A stretch of 53,949 nucleotides of DNA from an uncultured bacterium (GTDB lineage Bacteria > Gemmatimonadota > Gemmatimonadetes > Palauibacterales > Palauibacteraceae). A program made the translations under genes and the position numbers. The notes beneath the pieces were generated by a model. It saw only the letters and a list, made by a program, of their open reading frames with translations. It was not told where the DNA came from and did no database searches. Within the stretch, counting starts at the first letter, position 1. Each line of letters opens with the position of its first letter. Of the stretch, positions 28,349 to 38,116 are shown piece after piece. Location of the stretch: positions 1-53,949 of the forward strand of contig CBDTXM010000001.1 of assembly GCA_965364445.1 (NCBI GenBank). The letters run 5' to 3'.

Positions 28349-29178
28349 TCACGCTCAACCTCCCGATCCTCGGTTCGATCACCATCACCTCGTTCGGGGT
28401 GATGATGGCGCTGTCCTTCCTGACCGGATTCTGGATCGTTCGAGTCGAGCTGCGCCGGAAGGGAATGGACGAGGATCTCGCCGGCGACGTGCTCATGGGA
28501 GCCATCATCGGCGGGATCCTCGGCGCAAAGATCTACTACGTGCTGCTGAACTGGCCCCAGACGGTCCAGGATCCGTTCGGCATGCTCTTCTCGCGCGCGG
28601 GCCTGGTGTGGTACGGCGGATTCATCGGGGGAGCGATCGGGGTGATCGTCGCGATCCGCAGGCGAGGAGCACCGGTACCGGTCCTGGCCGACGTATGCGC
28701 GCCGGCCCTGGCCCTGGCGTACGCAGTGGGACGAATGGGCTGTTTTCTGGTCGGCGACGACTACGGGCGGCCTACCGACAGCTGGGTCGGGATCGCGTTT
28801 CCGAACGGCAGCCCCCCGAGCACGGCGGGCAATCTGCGACGGATGTTCGGCGTGGACGTGCCCGCGTCGATTCCTGATTCCACGGTGCTGGCCGTACACC
28901 CGACACAGCTGTACGAGATCGGCATGTCGCTGCTGATCTTCGCAATCCTCTGGCGACTGAGGCGCGAGCCGTGGAAAGCGGGTCGTATGTTCGCATTGTG
29001 GCTGGCTCTCGCAGGTGTCGAACGACTGGTGGTCGAGTTCTTCCGGGCCAAGGACGATCGCTTCTTCGGATTTCTCACGCTGGCGCAGCTGATCAGCATC
29101 GGCCTGATCCTGTTCGGAGGCTGGCTCTTCGTCCGGCTCAAACGTCCGTCGGCCGGGGAATCGTCCCCGGGGGCATGA
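28333..29178 (+). CDS. lgt: Prolipoprotein diacylglyceryl transferase
   Basis: Polytopic membrane protein. ITSFGVMMALSFL, GRMGCFLVGDDYGRPT, and HPTQLYE motifs. Confidence 0.9.
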   Translation: MYPELITLNLPILGSITITSFGVMMALSFLTGFWIVRVELRRKGMDEDLAGDVLMGAIIGGILGAKIYYVLLNWPQTVQDPFGMLFSRAGLVWYGGFIGGAIGVIVAIRRRGAPVPVLADVCAPALALAYAVGRMGCFLVGDDYGRPTDSWVGIAFPNGSPPSTAGNLRRMFGVDVPASIPDSTVLAVHPTQLYEIGMSLLIFAILWRLRREPWKAGRMFALWLALAGVERLVVEFFRAKDDRFFGFLTLAQLISIGLILFGGWLFVRLKRPSAGESSPGA

Positions 29179-29188
29179 CGACAGGCCC

Positions 29189-31360
29189 GTGCGCCCTTCG
29201 GCCCGTGCGCTCTTCGTTCTGTCTCTCGGCATTCTGCTCGCCGGACCGGCCCCGCTGCGATCTCAGGGCCTGGCAGACAGGGAGATCACCGAGATCACCT
29301 TCGAGGGAAACCAGGCGTTCCCCGAGAAGGACCTGCGCCGGGCGATCCTGACGGACCAGACACGCTGTAAGAGCTTCCTGTTTCAGTTTCCCTTTCCCTT
29401 CTGCCCCCTGACCGACTGGGGGTTCGCGCACTCCCGTGAATTCCTGGACGAAGGCGAGCTTCCTCTCGACGTGGTGCGACTCGAGCTCTACTACCGTCAA
29501 CGAGGATTCCGCCAGGCGCGGGTCGATACGGTCGTGACGCGGATGGACGACAAGGCCCAGGTCGTCTTCAAGGTCCGCGAGAACGACCCGACTCTGATTT
29601 CTCGCATCGACGTCCAGGTCCGGGGTGACGCGACAGACTCGGCCGCCGTGGTGTCGAGCCTCCCGATCGGTGTCGGCGATCGACTGGACCTCGTGGCCCT
29701 GCAGCAGGGCGAGGCGGCGATCGCGGACGAGCTGCGGCGGGAAGGCTACATCGATGCTGCCGTGCTTCGGGACTACTTCATCCCGCGCGATTCCCTGACC
29801 GCTGCCGTGACGCTCCGGGTCGATCCCGGTCCGAGAGTCCGCGTGGGGGACGTGGAGATCCAGGGATCCGCCGACGTCGGGGACGAGGTGGTCCGGTCGC
29901 TGCTGGATTTCGAGACCGGCGACTGGTTTCGAGAGTCGCGCGTGATCGATAGCCAGCGCCGTCTCTTCAACCTCGAGGCATTCCGCTACGCCAATATCAC
30001 GTCCGAGAGGGCGAGCGACTCGGTGATCGATCTGAGCGTCCAGGTGGCCACCGCCCCGCGCCGAGCCGTGCGAACCGGGTTCGGCGTGCAGACGGACGAG
30101 TGCGTCGAGCTGCAGGCCCAGGTGATCAACCGGAACTTCTTCGGTGGCGGACGGACGATGCGGATCACGGGCCGGGTCTCGAACCTGCTCGCGAAGCAGC
30201 TGGACGGGACGTTTCCCTGTAATGGAACGAGCAGCGACCCCGTATACCAGGAACTCAACTGGCTGCTCAATTTCTCCTTTCTGCAGCCCGTCCTTTCGGA
30301 CAGTCGCAACTCGCTCCAGGCCCGGGTGTTCACGGAGCGCGAGACGGTGCCGGATCTCTACGTCCGCACCTCGGTCGGTGGCGAACTCGCATTCAACTTC
30401 CGCCTCGCTCCCCGCATGTCTCTGAGGCCGTCCTTCCGGCCGGAGCTGACCTCTTTCGGCGGGCAATCGGCGGACATCTACTTCTGCGTGAATTTCGGCC
30501 TCTGCACGCCCGACGACATCGCGCTCCTCACGGAAAGCAACTGGCTGTCGCCCCTCGGGGCACTCTGGGCCTTGAACCGGACCGACAGTCCGCTGTGGAC
30601 CACGTCGGGCTATTACGTGGCCGCGGATGGCGAAGCGGCGGCCGCGTTCACCGGCTCCGACTACCGGTACCTGCGGGCAAGCGTCGAGACCGCGGGCTTC
30701 CGGCCGGTGTTCGGAGACGCCGTGCTCGCGATGCGATTGCGATTCGGTGGCGTGCAGGGCGTGTCGTCGAGCGTGTTCGGCGGCGACGAGGAAGGCGTAG
30801 AGATCATCCATCCCACGAAGCGCTTCTTCGCGGGCGGGCCGCAGAGCGTAAGGGGGTTCGGACTGAACCTGCTCGGTCCGACCGTACTCGTCATCTCGGA
30901 CCTCGAGGACTGCGGTTCGTCGGACCTCACGCCGGAGGAGCTCCAGGCCTGCGCGAACGCGCTCGACCCGAACGATTTCGACGAACGACCGGTCGGCGGC
31001 AATGTGCTGTTCGAGGGATCGGCGGAACTCCGGTTCCCGGTCAGCAGTCGGCTTACGGTCGTGGGATTCATCGACGCGGGACAGGTCTGGGAGGGCGTGG
31101 ACGACGACGTTCAGCTCGTCGCCACACCGGGCGTCGGCATCCGGTTCAACAGTCCTGTGGGACCGTTGCGCATGGACCTCGGATACAACACGACGGGAAC
31201 CAAGTTCAAGCCGGTCGTTGCGGTCCGGGCCGAGACCGGAGAGATCGTGGAGCTCGAGGACGAGGTCATCTACGACCCGTTCACCTGGGACGATCCATCG
31301 CTGCTGACCGAGGTGTGGCGCCGGATCCAGCTTCAGTTCTCGATCGGCGAGGCCTTCTGA
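29189..31360 (+). CDS. Omp85-family outer membrane protein with POTRA repeats (TamA/BamA-like)
   Basis: Signal peptide MRPSARALFVLSLGILLAGPAPLRSQG, POTRA-like N-terminal half, and a C-terminal beta-barrel ending with aromatic ...IQLQFSIGEAF. It sits immediately upstream of a TamB-like gene. Confidence 0.85.
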   Translation: MRPSARALFVLSLGILLAGPAPLRSQGLADREITEITFEGNQAFPEKDLRRAILTDQTRCKSFLFQFPFPFCPLTDWGFAHSREFLDEGELPLDVVRLELYYRQRGFRQARVDTVVTRMDDKAQVVFKVRENDPTLISRIDVQVRGDATDSAAVVSSLPIGVGDRLDLVALQQGEAAIADELRREGYIDAAVLRDYFIPRDSLTAAVTLRVDPGPRVRVGDVEIQGSADVGDEVVRSLLDFETGDWFRESRVIDSQRRLFNLEAFRYANITSERASDSVIDLSVQVATAPRRAVRTGFGVQTDECVELQAQVINRNFFGGGRTMRITGRVSNLLAKQLDGTFPCNGTSSDPVYQELNWLLNFSFLQPVLSDSRNSLQARVFTERETVPDLYVRTSVGGELAFNFRLAPRMSLRPSFRPELTSFGGQSADIYFCVNFGLCTPDDIALLTESNWLSPLGALWALNRTDSPLWTTSGYYVAADGEAAAAFTGSDYRYLRASVETAGFRPVFGDAVLAMRLRFGGVQGVSSSVFGGDEEGVEIIHPTKRFFAGGPQSVRGFGLNLLGPTVLVISDLEDCGSSDLTPEELQACANALDPNDFDERPVGGNVLFEGSAELRFPVSSRLTVVGFIDAGQVWEGVDDDVQLVATPGVGIRFNSPVGPLRMDLGYNTTGTKFKPVVAVRAETGEIVELEDEVIYDPFTWDDPSLLTEVWRRIQLQFSIGEAF

Positions 31361-31361
31361 G

Positions 31362-34300
31362 ATGGCGAACGAGGCCTTCTCCAAGGTGTCGCGCGCGGCC
31401 AGGCGGCTGGCGGAATCGCTCACCCGGGTCACCCTCGGCCTGATCGGCATCGCCTTCCTGACCGCGGCGGGCTCGTTGCTGCTGCTGAGTCAGACGGTGG
31501 TCGGTCGGCAGGCGGTAGCGGACCTGGTGGTGGACGCCCTCGAGGGTTCCGTGAACGGGGGCGTCAGGATCGGACCTATTCTCGGCGGAAACCTGTTCAC
31601 CCACGCGCTGGTCGAGCGATTCGAGATCACCGATCCCGACGGTCGCCTGTTCGTCGGAATCGACAGTGTGCGCCTTCATTACAACCCGCTCAGCCTCGCC
31701 CTCGGGACGTTCCGATTCGACGACGTGTCGATGGAGCGAGTGAAGCTCGTTCTTCGACAGCACGAAGATGGGCGCTGGAATTTCGACCGGATCTTCGGCG
31801 ACGAGGAAGCCGCGGAATCCGACACGATCGACGATGGACGGCAGGGTAACGATCGCATCCTGCTTTCTGATGTGCTCGTGAGGGACGGAGAGGTGGAGGT
31901 GCACGTTCCGTGGGCCACCGGCCTGACGGGCTCGGCGAGGGACAGCGCCATCGCCCAGGGGCTGCGGGGAGATCGACTCTGGCGAGTTCGTACTACGGGC
32001 CCGGATCGTTACGAACGCGAGCTGCTGCTCCACCGGCTGTCCGGCCGGTTTCCGCTGATCCGGATCGTGGACCCCGTGCGACCGTTGCGCTTCGACATGG
32101 AGGGCGTATCGGCGGAGGCGGCGGTCGTGACGCAGACCCTCGACGTGGTTTCGCTGGACGGGTCGGTGGAGATCGCCGATACGGTGGACATCCGTCTCGA
32201 TGCCGTCGAACTCGGCGAATCGGCGCTGTCGGGGTCCGGCTGGGTGCACCCGGTGGATCCCGTACAGTTCGAGTTCGATCTCGAGGCCCGGCCGATGGGC
32301 TTCGCGGACCTGCAGTGGATTCCGCTTCCGATTCCGGCGCGCGGAGGTGGACCGGCGGACCTGCACCTGTATACCCGCGGCGAGACGATCGTCGTGGAAG
32401 CCACGAATGGCGACATCCGGGTGGACGACTCGCGGGTGCAGGGAGACTTCACCGCGGCGCTGGAATCGGTGCCCCGGTTCGAGCGACTGGACGTGAACCT
32501 CCGGCCCCTCCGTCTCGCCCTCGTAAACGAAGTGCTGGAGATCGAGGACGGGCTGGATGGATTTCTCGAGGGCCCGGTCGCGGGCAGTGGCCCGATCACT
32601 CTGCTCACGGTGGACGCAGACCTCACGATTCGGGATCCGCCTGCGGAGGAGCCGAGAGCTCCGTCATTCCTGAGGGCCCGTGGCGGGATCGCGATCGTCG
32701 AGCCCCGCCGAATGTCGGAGCTCGAACTGACCCTGCGAAACTTCGAGCCTCGCTGGGCCGGGATCGTCGGACTGCGCAACGAGCTGCCGGGTCGTGCCAC
32801 CGGTGATGCGACGTTCGATGGGATCGCGGGCGACCGGTTCCGCTTCGACACCGAGGTGTCGCACACGCTCCCGGGCCATCAGCCATCGGTTCTGGCCGGC
32901 GGCGGAATGGTCGATCTCGAAGGCGACCGCGAGGTGGATGTCGCGTTCGAGTTCGATCCCCTGGTGCTGGCGATCGTGGAGCCGGTGCTTCCGGAAGGCG
33001 TATCGGTACTGAGCGAGGTCCGCGGACCGTTCTCGGCACGGGGTCCGCTGGACGACCTGAAGATCGAAACTGATCTCGAGACTCCCCGCGGCCAGCTCAG
33101 TTTCACGGGGCAGTTCGACCTGGTCTCGGAGCCGCAGACTTACGACGCGACCCTGCTCGCCCGGGACATCCAGCTCTCCGAGTGGATCGAAGCAGGCCCT
33201 GAGACACGGCTCGCGGTCGAGGGGCGGGTTTCGGGCACGGGCACCGATCCCGCGACTCTCGAAGCCCAGTTCGACTTGCGTCTCCTGCCGTCGCTGTTCG
33301 AAGGGGCCCGGGTGGACACGAGCATCATCCGATTCACCCTCGCAGATGGGCTGGCCCGCGCCGACACCTTCGCGATCCGCTCGCAGGCGGTGGCCGTGGA
33401 TGGGCGTGGAGCCTTCGGTCTCACGGAGAGCACCAGCGGTTCGCTCGTCCTCGACATCGCGATTCCCGATCTCTCGGAATGGAACGCATGGCTGGTGGAG
33501 GGTCGCAATCCGGCACGGATCGAGGATGACGTTTCGGAGCTGTTCGAAGCCTTTGCGCCAACCGATGAGGGGCCGGTGCCGGAGACCTTCGAGGCGCTTC
33601 CCGATACACTCTCGGGAAGCCTCGAGGCGCTCGGCGTCCTCTACGGGAACGTGGCCGACTTCTCCTTCGGCGGGCGGGCATTCGCCCGGGATCTCGCGTG
33701 GGGGGAGATCCAGACAGATTCGATCCAGGTGACGCTCGATCTTCCGGACCCCAGGGAGCCCGATTCCCTGGTGGCGCACGGTTCGGCGTTCGCGTCGAGC
33801 ATCTACGGTCGGAGCCTGGACACGCTGGACGTGCGCTGGACGCGGCACACGACCGAAAGCCACGAGGTCTCGTTCTACGCGCTGCGGGATTCGACGCTCG
33901 AGGTGGACTCCGACACCGGGATCCTGTGGACGGATCGCCAGAAGGCCTTCCGACTCGACCGACTGCGGCTCGTCGGTGCGGGTCGGGGGTTGACGCTCTC
34001 TGACACGGCCCTGATCACGTACGGAGAGACCGGTCTCACGGCGCGCGGGGTTCGTCTCGACGGCAGCGACGGCACGTTTCTCGAACTGGAGGGCGCGATC
34101 CCCGATTCCGGGCAGGCGGCCCTCGATCTGACGGCCCGAAGCCTCCACCTCGAGAACTTCCTCGAAGCGCCGGGAAACCCGCTCGACCTGCGGGGAAGAA
34201 TCGACATCGACATCCAGGTGCGCGGAACCGCGGATGCCCCGCTGGCGGAGCTGGACGCGACGATCGATGGCCCGTCGATCCGCGGGATCGGATACGAGAG

Positions 34301-35894
34301 ACTGACCACCGATCTGAGTTATGCCGGCCGCCGGCTGGCCGTGAACTCGGCGCTGGTGACCAACGACACGGAGATCGCCCGGGTCGACGGCTTCCTCCGC
34401 CTGGATCTCTCGTTCCGCGAGGTGGAGCGGCGAATCCTGGACGAGCCGATCGACCTGATGGTCGTCGTGGACAGCATGCCGCTGACGGCGGTCGAGTTGC
34501 GCGTCGAGTCTCTCCGGGACGTCGAGGGGTACGCCCTGGGGAGCTTCCGTGTCACCGGAAAGCCCGGAGAGCTGCGCTTCGACGGCGAGACACGGTTCCA
34601 CAACGCGGCGGCCACGGTGCCCTCGCTGGGCATCCGGCTGCAGGACGCGATCGGTCGCCTGGTGTACGCAGGCGCCGACGCCCGGGTCGATACGCTGAGC
34701 GTGCGCTCTTCCGCGGGTGGGACGGCGGTGGTCGCGGGTCACGTCGGCGTTCAGGACCCGACCGACATCACCTTCAATCTCGCATTCTCGGCCAATCGAT
34801 TCGTCGGAATCGATCGGCGGACCATGCGCACGACGCTCGACGGCGCCGGGACCCTGCAGGGCTCCTACAACCGACCCGAGGTGGCCGGTGATTTCCGGGT
34901 GTCGCGCGGCGAAGTGCAGGCCGAACGGTTCGTGCGCGAGAGACAGGTGGTGGACCTGACCGATCCCTCGGTCTACGCCCTGCTGGATACGGTGATCGTG
35001 CGGGACCAGCGGATTCTCGGCCGGATCGAGAACCCGTTCATGCAGAATCTGAAGCTCGACGTGAATCTCGCGGTCGGACCCGATTTCTGGCTGCGATCGA
35101 GCGCCCTGGACGTGGAGTTGTCGGGCAACGTCGAGCTGCACATGGATCGGGCACGGGGTGACCTCACGGCGCTCGGCACCCTCAATCTGCCCCGCGGGAA
35201 GTTCAGATACGTTTCAGGCACGGGAACGGATCTGTCGAGCCTGTATTCCCGCCAGCTGCAGATCGACCGGGGCCAGATCACCTTCGTCGGAACTCCGGGA
35301 CTCGACCCGAACCTCGACATCGATGCCGAATACAGGGCGCGTGGAGAGATCGGACAGGTGACGATCCGTGTACACGTCGGAGGGTCGGCGCTCGCGCCAA
35401 CGATGACGACCAGCAGCGATCCCCCCCTGCCTGAATCGGATCGGATCTGCTACCTGCTCTTCTCTTCGGCCTGCTTCGGGGCGTCGAACCAGGGCGGTCA
35501 GTTTGCCACGTCCCTGGTCCGGGAAGGCCTGCTGGGTTCGGTCAGCAGTCAGGTGTCCCAGGTGCTCGTCGGCGGCGTCGGCCTGGTGGACTACGTGGAC
35601 ATTCGCTCCTCCGGCGCGACGGAACGGGAGCTGGAGTCGGGTCAGTCGAATCTCCTGTATGGAACCGAGATCGACATCGGCCGCTACCTGACGCCGGATC
35701 TGTTCGTGAAGGTCACCCAGCCCCTGGGCGGACGGCTTCCGGGCATGACGATCGACTGGGCGTTCCTGCCTTCCTGGCGACTCGAATTCAAGACGGAGGA
35801 CAGGTTCAACCGTTACGCCTCCTACGGCTACAGTTTCAGTACCTACAGCGACCGTACGTGGGGCTTCCTGCTGTTTCGCGAGTGGGCCTTCTGA
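31362..35894 (+). CDS. tamB: Translocation and assembly module protein TamB-like (DUF490 C-terminus)
   Basis: 1510 aa with an N-terminal anchor (LIGIAFLTAAGSLLLLS), a long beta-rich repetitive body, and a C-terminal region GRYLTPDLFVKVTQPLGG...WRLEFKTE typical of TamB. The start is 1 nt after the Omp85 stop. Confidence 0.85.
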   Translation: MANEAFSKVSRAARRLAESLTRVTLGLIGIAFLTAAGSLLLLSQTVVGRQAVADLVVDALEGSVNGGVRIGPILGGNLFTHALVERFEITDPDGRLFVGIDSVRLHYNPLSLALGTFRFDDVSMERVKLVLRQHEDGRWNFDRIFGDEEAAESDTIDDGRQGNDRILLSDVLVRDGEVEVHVPWATGLTGSARDSAIAQGLRGDRLWRVRTTGPDRYERELLLHRLSGRFPLIRIVDPVRPLRFDMEGVSAEAAVVTQTLDVVSLDGSVEIADTVDIRLDAVELGESALSGSGWVHPVDPVQFEFDLEARPMGFADLQWIPLPIPARGGGPADLHLYTRGETIVVEATNGDIRVDDSRVQGDFTAALESVPRFERLDVNLRPLRLALVNEVLEIEDGLDGFLEGPVAGSGPITLLTVDADLTIRDPPAEEPRAPSFLRARGGIAIVEPRRMSELELTLRNFEPRWAGIVGLRNELPGRATGDATFDGIAGDRFRFDTEVSHTLPGHQPSVLAGGGMVDLEGDREVDVAFEFDPLVLAIVEPVLPEGVSVLSEVRGPFSARGPLDDLKIETDLETPRGQLSFTGQFDLVSEPQTYDATLLARDIQLSEWIEAGPETRLAVEGRVSGTGTDPATLEAQFDLRLLPSLFEGARVDTSIIRFTLADGLARADTFAIRSQAVAVDGRGAFGLTESTSGSLVLDIAIPDLSEWNAWLVEGRNPARIEDDVSELFEAFAPTDEGPVPETFEALPDTLSGSLEALGVLYGNVADFSFGGRAFARDLAWGEIQTDSIQVTLDLPDPREPDSLVAHGSAFASSIYGRSLDTLDVRWTRHTTESHEVSFYALRDSTLEVDSDTGILWTDRQKAFRLDRLRLVGAGRGLTLSDTALITYGETGLTARGVRLDGSDGTFLELEGAIPDSGQAALDLTARSLHLENFLEAPGNPLDLRGRIDIDIQVRGTADAPLAELDATIDGPSIRGIGYERLTTDLSYAGRRLAVNSALVTNDTEIARVDGFLRLDLSFREVERRILDEPIDLMVVVDSMPLTAVELRVESLRDVEGYALGSFRVTGKPGELRFDGETRFHNAAATVPSLGIRLQDAIGRLVYAGADARVDTLSVRSSAGGTAVVAGHVGVQDPTDITFNLAFSANRFVGIDRRTMRTTLDGAGTLQGSYNRPEVAGDFRVSRGEVQAERFVRERQVVDLTDPSVYALLDTVIVRDQRILGRIENPFMQNLKLDVNLAVGPDFWLRSSALDVELSGNVELHMDRARGDLTALGTLNLPRGKFRYVSGTGTDLSSLYSRQLQIDRGQITFVGTPGLDPNLDIDAEYRARGEIGQVTIRVHVGGSALAPTMTTSSDPPLPESDRICYLLFSSACFGASNQGGQFATSLVREGLLGSVSSQVSQVLVGGVGLVDYVDIRSSGATERELESGQSNLLYGTEIDIGRYLTPDLFVKVTQPLGGRLPGMTIDWAFLPSWRLEFKTEDRFNRYASYGYSFSTYSDRTWGFLLFREWAF

Positions 35895-35960
35895 TACATT
35901 CCCGACACGGCCGCCGACGTACCCCAATCGCGCGAACCTCAAGATCGACGGCTGAATACA

Positions 35961-36884
35961 TTGGCTGAATTTCCGATACCCGATTCCGAACGCTACCTGG
36001 TGCTCGTGAATCCGCGCGCCGCAGGGGGCCAGCCGGCGGCCCTGCGACGGCGGATCGGTGGCGCCATGGCGGCCCGGGGTGTCCCGTTCGACATCGTCGA
36101 GACCTCGACGCCCGAGGAGGGTCTCGCGGTAGTTCGGACGGCCGCGTTGAGAGGGTTCCGGGCGGTTCTCGCCGCCGGTGGGGATGGCACGATCGCGCTG
36201 GCGTTGCGTGGCACCGCCGGCAGCACCACCCCGGTCGGCATCCTGCCGTTCGGGACCGGCAATCAGCTTGCGCTGAATTTCGGCATTCCCCTCTCGCTGG
36301 AGGAGGCGATCCGCGTCGCGGTCGAGGGCGCGATCGAGAGGATCGACCTGGGCAGGATCGGTGACGAGCGATTCGCCCTGATCGCCGGAGCAGGCCTCGA
36401 CGCGAGCGTGATGGCCGAGACGACGACCGAGATGAAGAGTCGACTCGGAGTCCTCGCGTACTTCTACGCCGGTCTCAAGAACGTGGTGACGGCGAAACCG
36501 ATCACGTACCGGATCACGGCCGACGACCAGGAGATCGAGGTCCAGGCGGTGATGGTACTTCTCGCCAACGCAGGCCTGCTCGGTGCAGGATCACTTCCAG
36601 TGGAGGTGCAGGTCGCACCGAAGACATCGTTCCAGGACGGGCTGCTCGACGTGGCGGTATTCGCCCCACGCCACCTTCCCGATATGGCCGCGATGCTCTG
36701 GAAGGTGGCGCTCAAGCGCTACTCGGGCGATGAGCGAATGATCTTTCTGCAGGCGCAGCGGGTCCGGGTGGAATCCGATCCGCCGGTGGCCGCGCAGGTG
36801 GACGGCGAGGCCCGTGGCGAGACTCCGATTGAAGCGGAAATCGATCCGCTCGCCGGCCGCATCATCGTTCCCCGGAATACATGA
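35961..36884 (+). CDS. Diacylglycerol/lipid kinase family protein (YegS/BmrU-like)
   Basis: TTG start. YLVLVNPRAAGG and AAGGDGTI (DAGK catalytic domain motif), plus GILPFGTGN. Confidence 0.85.
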   Translation: MAEFPIPDSERYLVLVNPRAAGGQPAALRRRIGGAMAARGVPFDIVETSTPEEGLAVVRTAALRGFRAVLAAGGDGTIALALRGTAGSTTPVGILPFGTGNQLALNFGIPLSLEEAIRVAVEGAIERIDLGRIGDERFALIAGAGLDASVMAETTTEMKSRLGVLAYFYAGLKNVVTAKPITYRITADDQEIEVQAVMVLLANAGLLGAGSLPVEVQVAPKTSFQDGLLDVAVFAPRHLPDMAAMLWKVALKRYSGDERMIFLQAQRVRVESDPPVAAQVDGEARGETPIEAEIDPLAGRIIVPRNT

Positions 36885-38116
36885 GCAACCTGCCGCACGC
36901 CGCCCGGCTCTCCCCCGACATGCTCCATGCGATCGCCGATGAGGTCGGGACTCCGGCCTACATCTACGACGTGCGGGCACTCGAGGCCGGGATTGCCCGA
37001 TGGATCGATGCCGTGGGAGAGCCCGCGCGGATCAGCTTCGCCGCGAAGGCGAATACGAACCTGGCCGTGCTCGCCACGCTGGAACGGAGCGGGGTGGGGA
37101 TCGAAGTCGCGACTCCCGGGGAGCTCGCCCGCGCGCGCGCCGCCGGCTTTCCGGAGGCCCGGATCGTGTTCGGGGGCGTCCCGAAGTCCGAATCGGCCGT
37201 ACGGGAGGGAATCCAGGCGGGGGCGGGAATGATCGTTCTGCAGTCCGAGATCGAGGTGGATGCCGCGATCCGGCACGCTGCGAGCTATCCGCGCGGCCCG
37301 CTCCCTGTCGGCCTCCGGGTCCGACCGGGGATCAGGGCCGGAGCGCACCCCTCGCTCGAGACCGGCCGGGCCGACGCCAAGTTCGGCTTCGGACCGGAAC
37401 GCATTCCGGAGGTGTGGGAGCGCCTGGCGTCGGCCGAGCGGATCCGGCCCCGGACCCTCGCCTTCCACCTCGGATCGGGGCTGGACGCGGTAGATCCCTA
37501 CGAACAAGCGGTCGAACTGATGCTCGCTCTCGTGGAGTCGCTCGCGGGCGCGGGCTGCCCGGTGGTGGAGCTCGATGTGGGCGGAGGGCTCGGAATCGAC
37601 TACGCGAGCGACAGGGACCCGGAGCCAGCGATGCTGGTCGAGGCGCTCGAGGCCCGGCTCGAGGGCGCGCCGATCGAGCTCCGGTTCGAACCGGGTCGCT
37701 CGGTGGTCGCGCGAGCCGGCGTTCTCCTTACCCGGGTGCTCTACCGCCGGGAGCGGAACGGGAGTCCCGCTCTGGTCTGCGACGCGGGCTATACCGACTT
37801 CGCCCGCAACGCGCTCTATGGCGCCGAGCATGCGATCGTCCCGGTGGACGGTGAACTGGCCGGCGACCCGACGGTCGACGTGCTCGGACCGACCTGCGAA
37901 TCGGGCGACGTACTGGGCACGAACCGAAGACTGGGCACCGTGCAGCCTGGAGACCTGCTCCTTCTGCGCGATGCGGGTGCGTACGGATTCGTCATGGCCT
38001 CCAACTACAACAGCCGGCCCCGGCCCCCGGAACTCATCGTCGAGAGAGACGAATGGAAGGTGGCTCGGCCCCGGGAGAGCCTCGAAGACCTCTGGCGGGG
38101 CGAGGTGATTCCGTGA
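36881..38116 (+). CDS. lysA: Diaminopimelate decarboxylase
   Basis: ATGA overlap with the upstream gene. [11 protein letters not shown]-lysine [29 protein letters not shown], and [17 protein letters not shown]. Confidence 0.88.
   Translation: MSNLPHAARLSPDMLHAIADEVGTPAYIYDVRALEAGIARWIDAVGEPARISFAAKANTNLAVLATLERSGVGIEVATPGELARARAAGFPEARIVFGGVPKSESAVREGIQAGAGMIVLQSEIEVDAAIRHAASYPRGPLPVGLRVRPGIRAGAHPSLETGRADAKFGFGPERIPEVWERLASAERIRPRTLAFHLGSGLDAVDPYEQAVELMLALVESLAGAGCPVVELDVGGGLGIDYASDRDPEPAMLVEALEARLEGAPIELRFEPGRSVVARAGVLLTRVLYRRERNGSPALVCDAGYTDFARNALYGAEHAIVPVDGELAGDPTVDVLGPTCESGDVLGTNRRLGTVQPGDLLLLRDAGAYGFVMASNYNSRPRPPELIVERDEWKVARPRESLEDLWRGEVIP

Noticed and set aside
29138-35141. Minus-strand ORFs of 770 aa (29138-31450) and 825 aa (32664-35141), opposite the Omp85 and TamB genes
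   Set aside because: They have no family-like motifs and an Arg/Asp/Gly/His-rich composition. The plus-strand genes have clear signal peptide, beta-barrel and TamB features.
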